From contig JANOHV010000072.1 in the NCBI GenBank assembly GCA_031406795.1, positions 457 through 64,456 on the forward strand: 64,000 nt of DNA, in the 5' to 3' direction. The position numbers and the translations under genes were made by a program. A model generated the notes under the pieces. The model had not been told where the DNA came from, ran no database searches, and worked only from the letters and a program-made list of their open reading frames with translations. Origin of the DNA: Candidatus Rokuibacteriota bacterium (GTDB lineage: Bacteria > JAUVQV01 > DATDCY01). The stretch's first letter is position 1. Each line of letters starts with the position of its first letter. This document shows positions 59,908 through 64,000 of this stretch, piece after piece.

Positions 59908-60593
59908 GGCGCGCGCTCCGGGGAGCCGCGGCCTGCTGCCTGCTGGTACACCTCGGCGCGGCGGGCGCCTTCGCCGCCGGTCCCTCGTGCCACTGCTTTC
60001 GCGACCGCGAGTATGATCCCGCACAGCCCGGCAAGTCCGACGGGTACCTGCTCGCGACCGGCGCCAACACGCTGCTTTCGGCCGCCTACGGGGTACCCAA
60101 GCGCGACATCGTCCAGGCGAGGATGTCCGGGACCTCCGGGGAGGATCTCTGGATCTCGACCTACGCCGCGCGTCGTCAAGGGGCGGATGCCGCGGCTCTG
60201 ATGACAGCCCGCGCCGCCGCCGCGTCGTGGGCGGAGGTCTTTCGGTCGCGGGGCGAGCCGCTCGAGCCGCTCGGGCCCCGCTTCGTCGCGGCGCTCGCGG
60301 GTGGAGCGGGTGATGCAGCCCTTGCGCTGATCGCCGCCGGCGAGACCATCTCCTCCCGGCTCGGGACCCCGTGGGCGGAACTGGACGAACTGGCCGCCCG
60401 CGGCGCGACCTTGCAGGAGACGGTGCTCGCCGCGCTGATCGGCGGCTGGTCGTCCCGCGCGGCCCCCGCGGTCTACGCCGAGATCAGGGCCGGAAAGTCC
60501 GGCTGGAGCCGGCTGCTCGCCGCGGTCAACCTTGTCCCGAAACAGCTGGAAGTGGAGATCCCCAGGGCGCTGCGCCCGGCTGCGGCCCGCTGA
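59904..60593 (+). CDS. Hypothetical secreted protein (signal peptide), coupled to HgdB-like gene
   Basis: Real reading frame equals the 3' end of the listed 58650..60593 ORF. A GTG start at 59904 overlaps the upstream TGA. Signal peptide RRALRGAAACCLLVHLGAAGAFAAG followed by an Ala/Arg-rich helical region. Confidence 0.5.
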   Translation: MRRALRGAAACCLLVHLGAAGAFAAGPSCHCFRDREYDPAQPGKSDGYLLATGANTLLSAAYGVPKRDIVQARMSGTSGEDLWISTYAARRQGADAAALMTARAAAASWAEVFRSRGEPLEPLGPRFVAALAGGAGDAALALIAAGETISSRLGTPWAELDELAARGATLQETVLAALIGGWSSRAAPAVYAEIRAGKSGWSRLLAAVNLVPKQLEVEIPRALRPAAAR

Positions 60594-60615
60594 GTCCCCG
60601 TTGCGCCTCCTCCGG

Positions 60616-61866
60616 CTAGAGCCAGAGGTGGATCATCAACAGGAGTTGGTTGTAATCCTGCTTCGACGGGTTGTTCTCCACGATCCGGCGCACCTGCAGG
60701 TCGAGTTCAGTGAACGGGTAGGGGTGCAGGTCGATCCCGACCCCGTAGCGCTGCGTCGCGTCGTCCCCGGTGTCGCGATCGGGGTCGAAGTACTCGTGGC
60801 GCAGCTTCACCGTCAGCCCGTCCCAAGCGCGCCAGGCGAGCTCGTTGTACGTGATCACGGCGTCGACCTGCCGCCGCCCGGCGATGTCGTCGGAGCGCAG
60901 GTCGCCTTCGAAGAGCCAAACCAGAGTCCCGAGGCGTACGGCGCCGAATGCGCCGGCGGCCGTGCGGTCGCCGCGAATGTTGGTCCCCGCGCCGTAGACG
61001 TCCTCCCAGCGGTCGTTGTCGTTGATGCGCAGATAGGAGGCGCCCAGTTCCAGCCACAGACCGTGCCAGCCGACGGTGCCGGCGAAGATCTGCGGCGTGT
61101 TGTTGGTGTTCTCGCGCGGCAGCAGGTCCCGGTTGAAGTAGGCGGCGCGGGCGAAGGCGACGAGCGGTTCCGTGCCGAATTCCACGCCGGAGCCGTAGGA
61201 GACGGGGTTGGACTGGTCGACGAACAACTCGCGGCGGATGAACGCCGTGTGGTCCTCGAGCCGGTGTCCGAAGGGGGGGATGAACTTGCCGAATTTCAGA
61301 TAGGAGTTGAACGGCAGGTTGTCCACCAGGCCGAAGGCTTCGCGCACGGCGCCATTGCCGCCGCGCTGGAGCCCGAACTGGCTGAAGAGCGAGACATTTG
61401 CGTGGAGGCGCGCGGATGCGTACAGATCGCCCTGCATCGGAAAGAACAGGGGGCTGCGCTTGTCATCCTGGTCGGTGATGACGTCCATGAAGCGTGTGTC
61501 CAGGCCGAGGACGAGGTAGCCGTTCTCTTTCAGCGCGGTGACGGCTTTGTCCACGTTCGCCTGTACCGACTTCACGAGGGGCAGGGTCTTGGTCCCGAAA
61601 TACTGTCCCGCCCGCGTGCGCAACATCCCCCCGGAGGGGTTGACGTGGCAGACGCCGCAACTGAGGCGGCATTCGCGCTCCGACAGGCTGTAGTTGGCCT
61701 CAATCCACTTCGGGTCGGAGCGCTGGGGCATCACATGGCAGGTGTCGCAGCGCTCGGCGGCCTGCATCGCCAGCAGCGGAGTGGCTCCCGCCTCGGGTGC
61801 TCCGAGCGACAGCAGGCCGAGGGTCAGCGACAGCAAGGACAAGCGGAGCGCGAGCGATCGTTTCAT
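60616..61866 (-). CDS. Outer-membrane beta-barrel protein with N-terminal dihaem c-type cytochrome motifs
   Basis: Signal peptide, then two CXXCH motifs (ERCDTCHV and SCGVCHV) within the first about 80 residues, then about 330 aa of beta-strand periodicity ending in an aromatic terminal strand (LMIHLWL). Confidence 0.75.
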   Translation of the reverse strand: MKRSLALRLSLLSLTLGLLSLGAPEAGATPLLAMQAAERCDTCHVMPQRSDPKWIEANYSLSERECRLSCGVCHVNPSGGMLRTRAGQYFGTKTLPLVKSVQANVDKAVTALKENGYLVLGLDTRFMDVITDQDDKRSPLFFPMQGDLYASARLHANVSLFSQFGLQRGGNGAVREAFGLVDNLPFNSYLKFGKFIPPFGHRLEDHTAFIRRELFVDQSNPVSYGSGVEFGTEPLVAFARAAYFNRDLLPRENTNNTPQIFAGTVGWHGLWLELGASYLRINDNDRWEDVYGAGTNIRGDRTAAGAFGAVRLGTLVWLFEGDLRSDDIAGRRQVDAVITYNELAWRAWDGLTVKLRHEYFDPDRDTGDDATQRYGVGIDLHPYPFTELDLQVRRIVENNPSKQDYNQLLLMIHLWL

Positions 61867-62104
61867 TGAGCATCCCCCTCTGTTGGTTGTGCCGGTGCAC
61901 GGCGCCGGGCGTGGAACCCGGCAACGCTGCTATCCGGATTATCCACCCGGACGCAGGGGTGTCAAGCCGGTATCCGCCTCATGCCGGCAGGGGCCGGCCG
62001 GCGCGATTTCCCGGCGGCGCTTCACGCGGCACGCTGGCCCTGTCCGTCGGGACGCGGTATGCTCCTGCGAGCGCGAACTACCGCAACTTCAAGGGAGGAT
62101 GCCG

Positions 62105-63751
62105 ATGAATCGACCTTGGACACACAACTACGATCATCCGGTTCCGGAGCCCTTCACCTTCCCGGAGACCACCCTCGACCGGCTTTTCGTGGGCACTGCC
62201 GCGAGCCACCCGGACTGGGTGGCGCTGAGCTACAACGACGAGGACACCAGTTACGCTCAGCTCAACGAGCGCGTCAATCGCTTCGCACACGGCCTGCGGT
62301 CTCTCGGGGTGGCCAAGGGCGATCGTGTGGCGCTGATGCTGCCGACCGCGCCGGTGTACCCGATCGCCGCCGTGGCCGTGCACAAGCTCGGCGCGATCAT
62401 CGTCAATGTCGGCGTCATGACGAAGGGGCCCGAATTCGCGGCGATCCTCCGCGCCACCGGCGCGCGGGTGCTCGTCACGCTCGACGTCTTCCTGCCGAAC
62501 ATCCACCAGTCGCTGGCCGCAGCCGGCGTCGAGCACCTGATCCTCCACTCCGTGTCGGGTCTGGAGAAGAAGCTCCCGCCGCTCGCCGTCACTCCGGTGC
62601 CCTTCGACCAGCTGCTGCGCTCCCACCCCGCGACCGAGCCGCCCGCGGTGGCCGAACCGGGGGACCTGGCCCTGCTCCAGATGACCAGCGGCACCAGCGG
62701 CCGGCCAAAGGCCGTGATGCTCACCCACCGCTCCGTCGTCGCGAACCTGCACCAGATCGAGGCTTTCCGCCCCGGCGCGGCGCCGTCGAACGCCCCGGTG
62801 ATCTGTCTGCTGCCGTTCTTCCACGTCTTCGGTTTCACGATCTGCCTGCAGCTCTCGGTGCTGCGGGGCTATCGCATGGTGCTTGTGCCGCGCTTCGACC
62901 CGCTCGCCGTGGTGCCGCTGCTCGGGCTACTGGAGAAGTATCGGCCGGTGCTGTCGCTTCCCGCGGTGCCCGGCCTGTGGATCGCGCTGACCAAGCACCT
63001 CGAGGGCAGCCCCGGGATGCGCGCGGTGCTCGCCGAGATCGAGATGCCCTCGTGCGGCGGCGCCCCCTTGCCGCCGGCCGTGAAGGAACGGTATCTCCAG
63101 CTCACCGGGCGCCGCCTCCACGAGGCCTACGGGCTCTCGGAGGCCTCCTCCACCACGCACATGACACCGCTCACCAAACCCTGCCCTGCCGGCTCCATCG
63201 GCATCCCGCTGCCGGGCACCGACGCCCGCATCGTCGATCTCGCGGCTGCCGAGCGCACGCTCGAGCCCGGAGAGGTCGGCGAACTCGTGGTGCGCGGTCC
63301 CCAGGTCATGGCCGGGTACTGGCAGACGCCGGAGGCGACCGAGTCCACCGCGCGGCTTGAAGGCGGGTGGCTGTTCACCGGCGATCTGGCGCGGATGGAC
63401 GCGGAGGGCTTCTTCTTCATCGTGGACCGCAAGGACGATCTGATCATCACCAGCGGCTTCAACGTCTATCCGAGCGAAATCGAAGCGGTCCTCAAGGCGC
63501 ACCCGGGCGTCGCCGATGCCGTCGTCGTCGGAGTGCCCGACGCATCCCGCGGCCGCTCGATCGTGGCGCGCGTGATCCCGCGCGAGGGCAGTGCGCTCAC
63601 GGACGCCGAGGTGCTGGCGCACTGTCGGGCGCGGCTGCCCGATTACAAGGTTCCCCGCCGGGTGCTGATCGTCGCCGAGATTCCCAAGTCGCCCGTCGGC
63701 AAGCCCCTGCGCAGGGAGTTGCGTAACACGGCAGAGGGAGCAGTCAGCTGA
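62105..63751 (+). CDS. AMP-dependent acyl-CoA synthetase/ligase
   Basis: AMP-binding motif MTSGTSGRPKAV, YGLSEASS, the GWLFTGDLARMDAEGFFFIVDRKDD hinge, and the C-terminal PKSPVGKPLRREL lysine motif. Start ATG 62105 (RBS AGGGAGG at 62092-62098), with an alternative at 62099. Confidence 0.9.
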   Translation: MNRPWTHNYDHPVPEPFTFPETTLDRLFVGTAASHPDWVALSYNDEDTSYAQLNERVNRFAHGLRSLGVAKGDRVALMLPTAPVYPIAAVAVHKLGAIIVNVGVMTKGPEFAAILRATGARVLVTLDVFLPNIHQSLAAAGVEHLILHSVSGLEKKLPPLAVTPVPFDQLLRSHPATEPPAVAEPGDLALLQMTSGTSGRPKAVMLTHRSVVANLHQIEAFRPGAAPSNAPVICLLPFFHVFGFTICLQLSVLRGYRMVLVPRFDPLAVVPLLGLLEKYRPVLSLPAVPGLWIALTKHLEGSPGMRAVLAEIEMPSCGGAPLPPAVKERYLQLTGRRLHEAYGLSEASSTTHMTPLTKPCPAGSIGIPLPGTDARIVDLAAAERTLEPGEVGELVVRGPQVMAGYWQTPEATESTARLEGGWLFTGDLARMDAEGFFFIVDRKDDLIITSGFNVYPSEIEAVLKAHPGVADAVVVGVPDASRGRSIVARVIPREGSALTDAEVLAHCRARLPDYKVPRRVLIVAEIPKSPVGKPLRRELRNTAEGAVS

Positions 63752-63761
63752 AAGAGGCCGT

Positions 63762-64000
63762 CTAGAAATAGCGGCCGAACAGCAGCTGCACGGAATTCAC
63801 GCCGGTATTCTGCTCGTCGAGGCCGCCGTTGGAGATGTGGTGGAGGCGCGCCTCGATGAACAGCGCCGGATCCGGCCCGAACTCGACTCCCAGGCCGAGC
63901 AGTGGGTTGAAGTTGAACCGCCACCCCTGCCCGTCGACCATGTAGTCGGTGTAGATGATGCCGACCCCCCCCCCGATATAGGGCCGCACGCGCCCGGCGC
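63762..64000 (-). CDS. Lipid A deacylase PagL-like / acyloxyacyl-hydrolase-family outer-membrane protein (C-terminal part; N-terminus beyond window)
   Basis: The C-terminal 75 aa contain the PagL-family catalytic HISNGG (His-x-Ser-Asn-Gly) motif and a terminal aromatic beta-strand (GRYF). Confidence 0.6.
   Translation of the reverse strand, partial: AGRVRPYIGGGVGIIYTDYMVDGQGWRFNFNPLLGLGVEFGPDPALFIEARLHHISNGGLDEQNTGVNSVQLLFGRYF

Noticed and set aside
58650-60593. 647-aa plus-strand ORF spanning the HgdB-like gene in another frame
   Set aside because: Over 58650-59900 it is an alternative frame of the well-supported 58543..59907 gene. Only its 3' third (59904-60593), which starts at a GTG overlapping the upstream stop and encodes a signal peptide, was retained as a gene.

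Overview
This 64 kb window is high-GC (roughly 65-70%) chromosomal DNA from a Gram-negative bacterium. The lineage cannot be fixed from sequence alone; a Deltaproteobacteria- or Acidobacteria-like organism fits the gene content. Gene density is high and most content is housekeeping. It holds the 3' end of dnaK and a CDP-alcohol phosphatidyltransferase. A haem-biosynthesis cluster follows: a ccsA/hemX-like gene, hemA, hemC, stand-alone hemD and hemB. Next come a methyl-accepting chemotaxis protein, the def-fmt pair, a GT4 glycosyltransferase, an M23 peptidase and terC. A complete trp operon follows (trpE, fused trpGD, trpC, trpF, trpB, trpA), with an antisense small outer-membrane beta-barrel gene inserted between trpF and trpB. 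After it come a Bacillus/Geobacter-type sdhCAB, a LivKHMGF-type ABC importer, a CBS-ACT protein, a CoA-disulfide-reductase-like flavoprotein fused to rhodanese, two acyl-CoA ligases, nadB, pyrF, ccdA and a PAS histidine kinase. Six things are not explained by housekeeping annotation. (1) A family of GTAG-headed palindromic REP elements, GTAGGGG(C/A)GGGGTT(G/C)A(T/C)CCCC(G/T)CCC, occurs at five intergenic loci, mostly as head-to-head REPIN-like pairs and once as a tandem array; no associated transposase lies in the window. (2) A roughly 2.1 kb gene for a secreted beta-propeller + FG-GAP/VCBS protein is tandemly duplicated, promoter and 3' flank included, with a low-GC AbrB-type antitoxin / ParE-RelE-type toxin module between the copies and an 18-bp tandem duplication at each start. 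(3) A three-gene operon encodes a double BadF/BcrA-type ATPase fused to a DUF2229-like domain, an HgdB-like dehydratase D-component homologue and a secreted protein. (4) An outer-membrane beta-barrel protein carries two N-terminal CXXCH haem motifs. (5) A four-gene envelope cluster encodes two beta-barrel proteins, a lipoprotein and an anchored coiled-coil protein. (6) Structured noncoding regions lie between hemC and hemD and in the divergent GT4/M23 promoter region. Many long ORFs in the six-frame track are antisense or off-frame artefacts of GC-rich coding DNA and were not called.
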